Origin: an uncultured Acidobacteriota bacterium
GTDB lineage: Bacteria; Acidobacteriota; Thermoanaerobaculia; Gp7-AA8
DNA: 64,000 bases
Reading direction: 5' to 3'
Assembly (NCBI GenBank): GCA_963741955.1
Contig: CAVUKB010000005.1
Coordinates: 256,001 to 320,000, forward strand
Part shown: positions 54,191 through 62,969 of the stretch, piece by piece
Layout: every line of letters starts with the position of its first letter
Position numbering within the stretch: position 1 is the first letter of the stretch
Translations under genes and position numbers: made by a program
The notes under the pieces: model-generated
What the model was told of the DNA's origin: nothing
Databases searched by the model: none
The model's input: the letters and a program-made list of their open reading frames with translations, nothing else

Positions 54191-55255
54191 ATGAGTGCGC
54201 CTCTCGTGCAGATCCGACGCGGAGGGTTCGTCGAGTCGGTCCACAGCGGCTCGATTGCCGTGGTCGATTCCGGAGGACGCCTGATCGCCTTCGCGGGCAA
54301 TCCCGAGCTCCCGGCGTTCCTTCGCTCCGCGGCCAAGCCGTTCCAGGCCATTCCTCTGGTGGAGGAAGGAGGCGTGGAGGAGTTCGAACTCACGACACAG
54401 GAGCTCGCGCTCATCTGCGCATCGCATGGAGGAGAGCCGCAGCACATCGCCACCGCAGCGGCGATTCTCCGGAAAGGCGACTTCGACGAATCCGATCTTC
54501 TCTGCGGCGCCCACCCCCCTCTGACCGAGAAAGCCGCGGCCGAGCTCCGGCAGTCGGGCGAGCCGCCGACTCCCCTCCACAACAACTGCAGCGGAAAGCA
54601 CGCGGGAATGCTCCTCGCGACGCGGCTGCTCGACGTCGGAAGCACCACGTACATTGCACCGGAGCATCCGGTTCAGCAGCGCATCCTCGAGACGGTCGGC
54701 GAGTTCGCGGGCCTCGGTACGGACTCGATTCCGTTCGCCACGGACGGCTGCGGCGTTCCGACGTTCCGTCTGTCGCTCTATCGCGCCGCGCTCGCCTACG
54801 CCCGGTTGATGGCATCGGCGAGTGGCGACGCGCCGGGAGCGCTCGATCGCTACGTCGATCCAGCGAGGGAAGTCGTCGATGCGATGACCGGTAGTCCCGA
54901 GTACGTGGCCGGCGAGTGGAGTATCACCACTCCCCTGATGCAGGCGTTCGGAGGGGATCTTCTGGCCAAAGAGGGGGCGGAGGGGTATTACGCGATGGCC
55001 ATCTCGCCCGAGATTCTCGACGAGCGGTTCGCGGGACCGGATTCGCCGGGGCTGCCGGTCGGGGTGGCCCTGAAGATCGACGACGGGTCGATGGAGCGCG
55101 GGAGAAACCCCGCCATTCTGCGGATTCTGGAGATTCTGGGGATCGGCGTCGAAACGAATCCCGCCCTCGAATCGTATCGAAGAAGAGAGCTGTTCAACGC
55201 GGCGGGGACGCGGGTGGGAGAGACCTGCGCCGAATTCGATCTGATTTTTCTCTGA
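54191..55255 (+). CDS. Asparaginase II (Rhizobium etli-type, class 3)
   Basis: RSAAKPFQ, CASHGGE, HNNCSGKH, DGCG, KEGAEG, KIDDG. Confidence 0.85.
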   Translation: MSAPLVQIRRGGFVESVHSGSIAVVDSGGRLIAFAGNPELPAFLRSAAKPFQAIPLVEEGGVEEFELTTQELALICASHGGEPQHIATAAAILRKGDFDESDLLCGAHPPLTEKAAAELRQSGEPPTPLHNNCSGKHAGMLLATRLLDVGSTTYIAPEHPVQQRILETVGEFAGLGTDSIPFATDGCGVPTFRLSLYRAALAYARLMASASGDAPGALDRYVDPAREVVDAMTGSPEYVAGEWSITTPLMQAFGGDLLAKEGAEGYYAMAISPEILDERFAGPDSPGLPVGVALKIDDGSMERGRNPAILRILEILGIGVETNPALESYRRRELFNAAGTRVGETCAEFDLIFL

Positions 55256-55260
55256 GGAGA

Positions 55261-55677
55261 ATGATGAGGCGGTACTCGATACTGGTCCTGGTTCTGTTGC
55301 TGCTGGCGGCATGCAAGACCGTCGGCATTTCGCACCAAGATGGCGGATACGCCGAAGTTTCGGTGAACATCGCCCATCAGATGCTGCTCGACGACCGGCA
55401 GATCCTGGTCCTCGACATCCGTCCGGCGGAAGCGTACGCCGGAGCGACCGGTCACATCGCCGGATCGGTTTCCGCACCACTGGCGACGATCGAGCAGCGG
55501 CTGCCGCAGCTCATTCCGTATCAGAGCGGGACGGTTCTGGTGTACGGCGATTCCGAATCGTCGAGCAAGGACGCGTCGAAGCTCCTCGTCGCGTCAGGAT
55601 TCCGCAACGTCGTGCGGATCGAGGGCGGAATCGATCGATGGATTGAAAAGGGATACGAGACTGTTACCGTGCACTGA
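55261..55677 (+). CDS. Rhodanese-like lipoprotein (active-site Cys apparently absent)
   Basis: Lipobox LAAC; 'LDIRPAEAY...GHIAGS', 'GGIDRW'; VLVYG in place of YC. Confidence 0.75.
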   Translation: MMRRYSILVLVLLLLAACKTVGISHQDGGYAEVSVNIAHQMLLDDRQILVLDIRPAEAYAGATGHIAGSVSAPLATIEQRLPQLIPYQSGTVLVYGDSESSSKDASKLLVASGFRNVVRIEGGIDRWIEKGYETVTVH

Positions 55678-55705
55678 ATTTTCCCCGAGAGGCTCAGACC
55701 AGAGG

Positions 55706-56794
55706 ATGATGAAGAAGACGCTCGCTCTACTCGCACTCGCCGCCGCACTCCCGATCTCGTTGTACGCCGCACCTCCCAACAGGGTCACCGGCACCGTGGT
55801 CCACGACGCGAAGCTCGAGAAATACTTCGCCCGAGCGATGACCGTCTGTCCGGGATCGGCGCTGAAGATCGAACAGGCCGACCAGCAGGGACCCGCTGGG
55901 TTCATCGTCTACCGGGTGACGCAGACCTCCGCCGAATCGAACTGCGGCGAGTCGACCCTCGCGGTCGTCTCCCCCTCCTCGGGGCAGACGTTCATCGGAA
56001 GTGTCCTTCCTGTGCCGTTCGATCTGAGGCCGGTGGACAAACGGCTGGGCGAGATGGCCGGTCAGATGCTCAAGAAGCCGGTCCAGGCGTCGGTCTCTAC
56101 GAAGGCGTACGCGGACGGAGTACGGCTGGTGAGCCTGACCATCGATACGACGGAGGGACCGTTCTCGTATCACGGATACCTCGACAACTCCCAGCGATAC
56201 CTGATCGTCGGGCGCCGCGGAAACCTGAGCGTCGACCCCGGGAAGAGTCTTCTCGAAGACATCGCGGCTTCGACCGGCATGTCGAGAGGATCGAAGGACG
56301 GACCGATCGAGATCGTCGAGATCTCCGACTTCCAGTGTCCCACCTGTGGCCGCGCACATCAGCCGATGGAAAAGTTCTTCGAAGAGAACAAGTCGAAGAT
56401 CCACTACATCAGGCTCGATCTTCCGATCTTCGAACATCACGAATGGGCGCTTTACGCCGCACTCGGCGCACGTGCGGTGCAGAAAGTGGCTCCCGAGCAT
56501 TACTGGGAGTACGTGAACTACATGTTCCACAACCAGGAAGACATCACGCGCGCGAACGTCGACGACATGATCAAGGCCTTCGCCGGCATGGTCGATATTC
56601 CGTGGAAGAAACTGGAGAGCGTCTATCGCTCTCCTGCCGAGCGGAAGGCACTGATGGAACAGGTGGCGCGCGAGTACGACAGTGCGATCTTCGCGACCCC
56701 GACCTACATCGTGAACGGCCGGAACGTCTACTACGGCCACGACGGCGACTATCTCCACAGCTATCTGAACTCTCTGGTGGGCAAGAAGAAGTAG
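55706..56794 (+). CDS. Secreted DsbA/thioredoxin-fold protein
   Basis: Signal peptide; SDFQCPTC (CxxC); ATPTYIVNG. Confidence 0.8.
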   Translation: MMKKTLALLALAAALPISLYAAPPNRVTGTVVHDAKLEKYFARAMTVCPGSALKIEQADQQGPAGFIVYRVTQTSAESNCGESTLAVVSPSSGQTFIGSVLPVPFDLRPVDKRLGEMAGQMLKKPVQASVSTKAYADGVRLVSLTIDTTEGPFSYHGYLDNSQRYLIVGRRGNLSVDPGKSLLEDIAASTGMSRGSKDGPIEIVEISDFQCPTCGRAHQPMEKFFEENKSKIHYIRLDLPIFEHHEWALYAALGARAVQKVAPEHYWEYVNYMFHNQEDITRANVDDMIKAFAGMVDIPWKKLESVYRSPAERKALMEQVAREYDSAIFATPTYIVNGRNVYYGHDGDYLHSYLNSLVGKKK

Positions 56795-56897
56795 CTGCGC
56801 ACCGGACAGCTGAATCGTCGAACGCGGCCGGACATCCGGTCGCGTTTTCTTTTGGGGCGTGCAAGCACCCCGGCGCGTCGTGCACGGGCTCCGCGCA

Positions 56898-57040
56898 GGG
56901 GGTCAGAGCCGCCGTTCCGACGTCTCGAAGCGACACAGGGGGTCAGAGCCGTTCTGCCAACGTCCCCCCGTCAAATGGGGTCAGAGCCGTCTTGCCGACG
57001 TCCCCGGGTCAAACGGGGTCAGAGCCGTCTTGCCAACGCC
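56898..57040. repeat. Four direct 38-40 bp repeats beginning GGGGTCAGAGCCG
   Basis: Copies at 56899, 56939, 56977, 57015, between convergent genes. Confidence 0.85.
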
Positions 57041-57071
57041 CTGAAGGGAAACCCCGCTCCAGGGTGACGTT

Positions 57072-58733
57072 TCACGACCCGGCAGGTCCGGTCGACAACA
57101 GATCGATCGTCGGCCGCCGGTGCACCGCAACTGCCCTCCCGGACGGATCCGCTGACGCCGCGAACGCCGAGTCCCAGGCGATCGCGGCCGGCGTGCTGCA
57201 GGCGATGCTCGGGCCGCCCGGAACCAGTCGCGCGAAAGCATCTCCCGGAAAATGCCGCTCGAACATGCACCGGTAGAGATACCCCTCCGCCGTCACAGGC
57301 GGGTTGAGCGGAAACCGGGAGGCCGCGCTCGCGAGTGCGGCGTCGGAGATCTCCTCGCGCGCGAAGTTCTTCAATGCATCGATCCACCGGTAGCCGACAC
57401 CGTCGGAGAACTGCTCCTTCTGCCTCCAGAGAATCTCGGGAGGAAGATCGCCCTCGAATGCCGAACGGAGCACGTGTTTCTCGATCTTCCCATCCCGCGC
57501 CATCTTCTTCTCGGGATCCATCGACATCGCGAGATCGATGAATTCGCGGTCGAGGAACGGCACTCTCACTTCCACTCCCCACGCGGCCATCGATTTGTTC
57601 GCCCTCTGGCAGTCGTAGGTGTGGAGGAGCTCGAGTTTCCTCACTGTTTCCTCGTGAAATGCCCGCGCGTCCGGAGCGCGGTGAAAATAGAGATACCCCC
57701 CGAAGATCTCGTCCGAGCCCTCACCGGAGAGAACCATACGGACTCCAGCCGATCGAATGCGTCTGGCGAGAAGGTACATCGGAACCGATGCACGCACGGT
57801 GGTCACGTCGTACGACTCGATGTGGTAGATCACGTCCGAGAGCGCATCGAGTCCCTCCTCCACCGAAAACGTGAACTGCCGATGCTCCGATCCGATCGCT
57901 TCGGCGACGCATCGGGCCGCCTCCAGGTCCGGCGACTCATCCAGTCCGATCGCGAAGGAGCGGAGTCTCGCATCGGGATCGATCTTCCGGATCGCCCGTG
58001 CCGCAGTCTTCGCGATGATGGATGAATCGACGCCCCCGGAGAGGAGGACGCCCCACTCGACGTCACTCATCAGTTGGCGCTCGACCGCCGATGTCAATCC
58101 ACGCCGGATGTCGTGAATCCCTACCTTCCCTCCTTCGATGTTCCCGTACTCCCGCCATTCGCGCGGCTCCCGCGCGGTGATCACACCGGTGGCGCCGTCG
58201 AGAAGACTCCCCGGAGGGAACTCCTCGACGAATGCATCGAGCCCGGTCAGGCTCTTCACCTCCGAGGCGACGTAAAGCGCGCCCGATGCGGCGCGTGCGT
58301 AGTAGAGCGGTACGACGCCGACCGGATCGCGGCCGATCAGATACCGGCGGGATTCGCGGTCGTAGAGAACGAAGGCGAAGATCCCGTTCAGGTGGCTCAC
58401 CAGATCCACCCCATATTCGCGGTAGAGCGGGAAGAGCACCTCACAATCGGATTCACTGACGAACGGGAACGAAGGGAAGCGCTCGCGAAGCTCACGATGG
58501 TTGTAGATCTCACCGTTCACCGCGAGGACGAGGTTTCCGTTCACCAGCGGCTGCGCTCCGTTCTCCGGTGCGACGACCGCCAGCCGCTCGTGAACGAGAA
58601 CCGTCCGATCGTCCGCGAAGACTCCGCGCCAGTCGGGACCTCTGTGCCGCTGACGCCGAGACTGCTCGAGAGCGAGCTGCTTCAATCCGAGGGTGCCCTC
58701 GGGGGCATCGAGAATGCCGAATATTGCGCACAT
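57072..58733 (-). CDS. asnB: Asparagine synthetase B (glutamine-hydrolysing)
   Basis: N-terminal MCAIFG (Cys2), HRGPD, NGEIYNH, LLSGGVDSS, SGEGSDE, WRQKEQFSDGVG. Confidence 0.95.
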   Translation of the reverse strand: MCAIFGILDAPEGTLGLKQLALEQSRRQRHRGPDWRGVFADDRTVLVHERLAVVAPENGAQPLVNGNLVLAVNGEIYNHRELRERFPSFPFVSESDCEVLFPLYREYGVDLVSHLNGIFAFVLYDRESRRYLIGRDPVGVVPLYYARAASGALYVASEVKSLTGLDAFVEEFPPGSLLDGATGVITAREPREWREYGNIEGGKVGIHDIRRGLTSAVERQLMSDVEWGVLLSGGVDSSIIAKTAARAIRKIDPDARLRSFAIGLDESPDLEAARCVAEAIGSEHRQFTFSVEEGLDALSDVIYHIESYDVTTVRASVPMYLLARRIRSAGVRMVLSGEGSDEIFGGYLYFHRAPDARAFHEETVRKLELLHTYDCQRANKSMAAWGVEVRVPFLDREFIDLAMSMDPEKKMARDGKIEKHVLRSAFEGDLPPEILWRQKEQFSDGVGYRWIDALKNFAREEISDAALASAASRFPLNPPVTAEGYLYRCMFERHFPGDAFARLVPGGPSIACSTPAAIAWDSAFAASADPSGRAVAVHRRPTIDLLSTGPAGS

Positions 58734-58766
58734 CTTCGTCTCCTCCTCTCCCGGATCCTTCCGGGC

Positions 58767-58798
58767 AAAAGAAAAGGCCCGCACGTTGGTGCGGGCCT
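58767..58798 (-). terminator. Attenuator terminator upstream of asnB
   Basis: Minus strand AGGCCCGCAC-CAAC-GTGCGGGCCT followed by TTTCTTTT, lying between the leader ORF and the asnB RBS. Confidence 0.85.
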
Positions 58799-58823
58799 CG
58801 TGTCAATTTCGAATGGAAAGGAT

Positions 58824-58949
58824 CTACACGTGCCGCACCGTATGCGCCCTGCGATTGTTCAGATTGAAGTTGGGACGTGCGTCGACGGCCGCGCGAGAGG
58901 TCACGCGAGCGGCAGAACGGACGACAGCCGGATCGGCGATGCGGGGCAT
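58824..58949 (-). CDS. Putative Asn-rich leader peptide of asnB (41 aa)
   Basis: MPRIADPAVVRSAARVTSRAAVDARPNFNLNNRRAHTVRHV*; 4 Asn in 6 codons; not in the ORF track. Confidence 0.75.
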   Translation of the reverse strand: MPRIADPAVVRSAARVTSRAAVDARPNFNLNNRRAHTVRHV

Positions 58950-58958
58950 GAGGCTGAA

Positions 58959-58987
58959 AGAGTGCCCGAATCGGGCTCCCGAGTCAA
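58959..58987 (-). promoter_or_regulatory. Putative sigma70-type promoter of the asnB leader
   Basis: TTGACT-17 nt-CACTCT, 9 nt upstream of the leader ATG (near-leaderless). Confidence 0.5.
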
Positions 58988-59180
58988 CAGCAGCGGAGGC
59001 TCCCGCTATTCATCGGCATGGGACAGCTCGATGGGGGTTACGTCGTTTCGACGGCGCGCGGCATGATCCGGGTCGCTTCGGAGAGGAAGCCGATCGACGG
59101 ACGGCCGCCTTCGCGAGCCGGGACGATGAGTGCGGTCGTGAATCAAGGAGTGCGGTGCGCCGGGTCCGCGTGGCGCAGTT

Positions 59181-60089
59181 TCAGGGCCGCAGTCTGGAAA
59201 CGAGAATCTGGCAATCGGTACCGTAATCCCTGGCCACACAGTTCGTGAAATAGAGGGTCTTCCCGTCCGGCGACCAGCGAGGCGCCGTCGCGCGACCCTC
59301 CGTGTTCGCCACCAGACGAACGTTCGAACCGTCACTGTTCATGACGAAAATCTGGTAGCGCCCCCGGCGGTTCGACGCGAAGGCGATTTCACTTCCGTCC
59401 GGCGACCACTCAGGCCAGGCATCGAAGGCGGGATGGTTGCTCAGATTGCGAACGTGATTCCCGCTGGCGTCGGCGACGAAGACTTCCGAGTTCGTGTCGC
59501 CGATCATTCTGCGAAACGCGATCTGCTTACCGTCCGGCGACCATGACGGATAAGTGTTCACGCCGCCGCTGAGCAGGGTGGTGATCTTCCCGCTCGAGGG
59601 ATCAACGACGTCGATCTCCGCGGCGTTCTTCTTCGGCGGATGCAGATCGTCGTCGGTGCAATAGATAATGCTCCTGCCGTCAGGCGACCAGCGCGGATGT
59701 ATCGCGCGCACGCTATCCGGGGTCAGAGCCTTTCTGCCGCTGCCATCCGTGTTCATCGTGTAAATCGTTTCGCGTCCGGCCGAGAGCAGCACGAATGCGA
59801 TTCTCTTTCCGTCCGGCGACCATGCGGGGTCTTCGTGATCGGCATCATCATGCGTGATGAGCCTCTGTCCTCTGCCGTCGGCGTTCATCATGAAGAGCTG
59901 TTCCCGCCCTTCGAAGAGGGAGCCATAGATCATCCTCTTCCCGTCCGGCGACAGTGTGGGATCGAAATTCTCGGTATAGGTGAGCTGGTAAGGGATCGTC
60001 AGAGGCTCTGCGGCGAGCGCCGCGGCCGCTGAAAGCAGAATCACGGCGGCTTGCACGGCACAGAAGGCACTGCGAACGGACAACTCCAT
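59181..60089 (-). CDS. Secreted TolB-like PD40/WD40 beta-propeller protein
   Basis: Signal peptide; six P.(W/L)SPDG repeats. Confidence 0.85.
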   Translation of the reverse strand: MELSVRSAFCAVQAAVILLSAAAALAAEPLTIPYQLTYTENFDPTLSPDGKRMIYGSLFEGREQLFMMNADGRGQRLITHDDADHEDPAWSPDGKRIAFVLLSAGRETIYTMNTDGSGRKALTPDSVRAIHPRWSPDGRSIIYCTDDDLHPPKKNAAEIDVVDPSSGKITTLLSGGVNTYPSWSPDGKQIAFRRMIGDTNSEVFVADASGNHVRNLSNHPAFDAWPEWSPDGSEIAFASNRRGRYQIFVMNSDGSNVRLVANTEGRATAPRWSPDGKTLYFTNCVARDYGTDCQILVSRLRP

Positions 60090-60350
60090 GGCGTTTCCTC
60101 CTCCGGTTCCGGCGATTCAGTCGAATCGACGCCATGAACAATCAGGGATAGCGACAGGCGTTTTCGAACTCGCCTCCAAAGGGGTGAGACATCGAGCTCT
60201 TCGCTGCGTTTCCCATGCTCGCTCACGATTCTGCGCCGATCCCCGGTACGAAGCAAAGTCGGATTCGCCAGACTCGAGACGAGGGCCGGGGGAAGAGTTC
60301 GTGCGGAAAGGAGCGAACGGAGGCGGGATCTGCCATCACGCGAAGGAGCC

Positions 60351-60420
60351 GGGGTCAGCGAAGGTATCGGGGTCAGAGCCGCCATTTTCGCGGGTGGAAG
60401 GCCGGGGTCAGAGCCGCCGT
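60351..60420. repeat. Further GGGGTCAG(AGCCG) repeat copies
   Basis: Copies at 60351 (partial), 60369 and 60404; an inverted partial copy near 60540. Confidence 0.65.
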
Positions 60421-60676
60421 GTCTCCAGCAGAATATTGTTTCTCAGAGCGAGAGCGACCAGGTCGCTTCCGGCCGGCATCGGCTCGGAAGCAGGCAGCTG
60501 CGGGCGCTCACGGTCGGGTGGTGTCCCTTCTGAATTGGGATCTGACCCGGATGACCGAACCGTCATCGACGATCCATCCGGAGGAAGTCACAATATGACT
60601 CCTGATTGGCGGAGCCGGCTGCACCCGCTGCGCCCGGGCCACTCTCTTCTGCCGGTCGACGAAAAGGAGCGCATCC

Positions 60677-61705
60677 ATGCGGTCGACTCTCACATATGCT
60701 GCGATTCTTTCCTCGCTCTTACTCCTGACTCTCTCTGCGGCCGCGACCGCGGCAGACGGCGAGTATCGCGTTCAGACGATCGAACTTCCGGGCGCGAGCG
60801 GCGGGATCTCGATCGACTACATCGCGTACGACCCGGCAACCGGGAGCGTCTGGGTACCGGCCGGCAACACGGCTGCGGTCGACGTGATCGATTCCCGAAC
60901 CGGAAAAATCCGCCAGATCACAGGACTCCCGACGACGGAGATCACCTGGCGGGACCGCAAGCACGTGGTTGGACCGAGCGCGGCATCGGCAGGAGACGGC
61001 GTCGTCTACGTCGGAAATCGAGGTGATTCGAGCGTCTGCGGGTACGACTCGAAGACGCTCGAGCGCCGGGCGTGCGAAACACTCCCCTCGATGCCGGACG
61101 GAGTGAAGTACGTCTCCGATGTGCGCGAAGTCTGGGTGACCACCCCGCGGGATCGTTCCCTCCACATCCTCGACGCGAAAACGCTTCACGAAACCGGACA
61201 CGTCGTGCTGAAGGGAAGCCCGGAGGGCTACGCCGTCGATACCGGACGGCACCGCTTCTACACGAACCTGGAGGATGCGGACCGGACGGTGGTCCTCGAC
61301 ACCCGGACCCATCAGGCTCTCGCGACGTGGAGTCCGAAGTGCGGTGAGGAAGGTCCGCGCGGTCTCGCCATCGACTCCGCCGCCGGACATCTCTTCGTTG
61401 CCTGCACCGATCACGTGGAAGTGCTCGATACGCGCAACGGGAACATTCTCTCGACCCTCGACACGGGCGCCGGCGTCGACAATCTCGATTACGCGCCGCA
61501 CTCTCACCTCCTGTACGCCGCGGCGGGACGGGCCGGAAAGCTGATGATCGCGCGCGACGATGCGAAAGGGGAGCTCACTCTCGTGGCGAGCGTCCCGACG
61601 CGAACCGGCGCGCGCAACGGCGTCGTGACGGATGACGGGACGGTGTATGTCGCGCACGGCGGCGCCGGAGAGATGGTCGTCGTATCGCCGCCCACGGTGA
61701 AGTGA
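60677..61705 (+). CDS. Secreted YncE/YVTN-like beta-propeller protein
   Basis: AAGGAG RBS; signal peptide; repeated blades 'DYIAYDP', 'PEGYAVD', 'PRGLAID', 'VDNLDY'. Confidence 0.75.
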   Translation: MRSTLTYAAILSSLLLLTLSAAATAADGEYRVQTIELPGASGGISIDYIAYDPATGSVWVPAGNTAAVDVIDSRTGKIRQITGLPTTEITWRDRKHVVGPSAASAGDGVVYVGNRGDSSVCGYDSKTLERRACETLPSMPDGVKYVSDVREVWVTTPRDRSLHILDAKTLHETGHVVLKGSPEGYAVDTGRHRFYTNLEDADRTVVLDTRTHQALATWSPKCGEEGPRGLAIDSAAGHLFVACTDHVEVLDTRNGNILSTLDTGAGVDNLDYAPHSHLLYAAAGRAGKLMIARDDAKGELTLVASVPTRTGARNGVVTDDGTVYVAHGGAGEMVVVSPPTVK

Positions 61706-61810
61706 CGAAACGCCTCGGCCAGAGCCGCGGCGCCCGATGTTCTTTTCCCCTCTCGAGCCAGATGGAAGAAGGGAGGAGCGATCACTGCTCCTCCCTTTTC
61801 TCACTCAGAG

Positions 61811-62203
61811 CTACGCCCCTTCACCGGCTTCGCCGTGCTCGTGCGTCTCGCCCTTTTCATGAGCTTCGCCGCGCTTCTGCTCCTTCTCTTGACGCGACTC
61901 GACGGCCTCATGAGCCGCGCTCTCCTTCTGTATGTCGATGATGGCGCCGGTATTCGCGTTCACCAGTATTTCGGTGATGTTCTTCTCGTTCTTCGCGATG
62001 TCGAAGGACCAGACCAGTGCTCCCTTCTCGTTCTCGAGCTCGGCGCTGGTGACCTTCCCGCCGTTTACTCGCTGTAGCGCGATCTTCTGCGCCTGCTGTC
62101 GGGTCAGCTTCGGATGCGGGCTCTTCTGTCCGGCCCAGGCGACGACTCCGGTGGCAAGAAGTACGAACGCGAATGCGATAGCGGCGATATTTTTCATTTT
62201 CAT
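61811..62203 (-). CDS. PepSY-domain secreted protein with His/Glu-rich tail
   Basis: 'LTRQQAQKIAL...AELENEKGALVWSFDI...EILVNANTGAII'. Confidence 0.85.
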   Translation of the reverse strand: MKMKNIAAIAFAFVLLATGVVAWAGQKSPHPKLTRQQAQKIALQRVNGGKVTSAELENEKGALVWSFDIAKNEKNITEILVNANTGAIIDIQKESAAHEAVESRQEKEQKRGEAHEKGETHEHGEAGEGA

Positions 62204-62263
62204 GTCTCCTCCATGTGATGGGCGGAATCTCCGCCACGATGGAGCGAGTATGAGCGTGGAACG

Positions 62264-62312
62264 ATGAAAGGATCGTGAATCCGCGCTCTGACGTGATTCA
62301 TCTGATCTTCAT
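62264..62312. promoter_or_regulatory. Inverted pair of tandem OmpR/PhoB-type boxes in a divergent promoter
   Basis: ATGAA-N6-GTGAAT (62264-62280) and ATTCAT-N6-TTCAT (62296-62312); both have an 11-bp period. Confidence 0.55.
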
Positions 62313-62364
62313 GTTCGGGACGATAGATTCGGAACCGCCGTGGCATTCCGCGGGAGCGAAATCA

Positions 62365-62969
62365 ATGCGAATTCTCGTCGTGGAAGACAACCGAGGAGTC
62401 GCTCCCCCCGCAGAGGCCCGTACGATCTACTGGTTCTGGACGTGGGGCTTCCGGACATCACCGGGTTCGAAATCTGTCAGCGGTTGCGGACCGAGGGATC
62501 CAGGGTGCTCGTGCTCATGCTCACGGCCCGTGACGCTGTCGCCGATCGGGTGATCGGTCTCAATGCCGGCGCGGACGACTACCTGACCAAGCCGTTCGCG
62601 TTCGACGAGTTGCTGGCGCGTGTGCGGGCACTTCTCCGGCGCGGGACGGTCACCGTTCCTCCCATGATCGAGGCCGGCGATCTGCTGCTCGACACTGCGA
62701 AACGAGAGGCTTCGCGCCACGGCCGGGTGATTGAGCTGACCGCGAAGGAGTACGCGCTGCTCGAGTATCTGGTGCGTAACCAGGCCCGCGTCATCGGACG
62801 GGAAGAGATCTCGGAGCACGTCTGGAACGAGAGCTTCGACCCGGTGTCGAATCTGATCGAAGTCTACGTCGCACGATTGCGGAAGAAGCTCGGTCCTCCC
62901 GCTTTGATCCAGACCCGGCGGGGAGCGGGGTACATCTTCGCGAATTCTTCCGAAAAGAGTTCGTCGTGA
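62365..62969 (+). pseudogene. OmpR-family response regulator with internal deletion and frameshift
   Basis: MRILVVEDNRGVA in one frame, RRGPYDLLVLDVGLPD... in another; junction at the C6 run 62404-62409; roughly 25-30 receiver-domain residues are missing. Confidence 0.8.

Noticed and set aside
56898-57040. Mini-CRISPR interpretation of the GGGGTCAGAGCCG repeats
   Set aside because: Period is only 38-40 bp with ~10-bp variable parts that resemble each other; no leader or cas genes.
59719-59730. GGGGTCAGAGCC inside the TolB-like gene
   Set aside because: Single 12-mer within coding sequence without the downstream consensus; probably chance.
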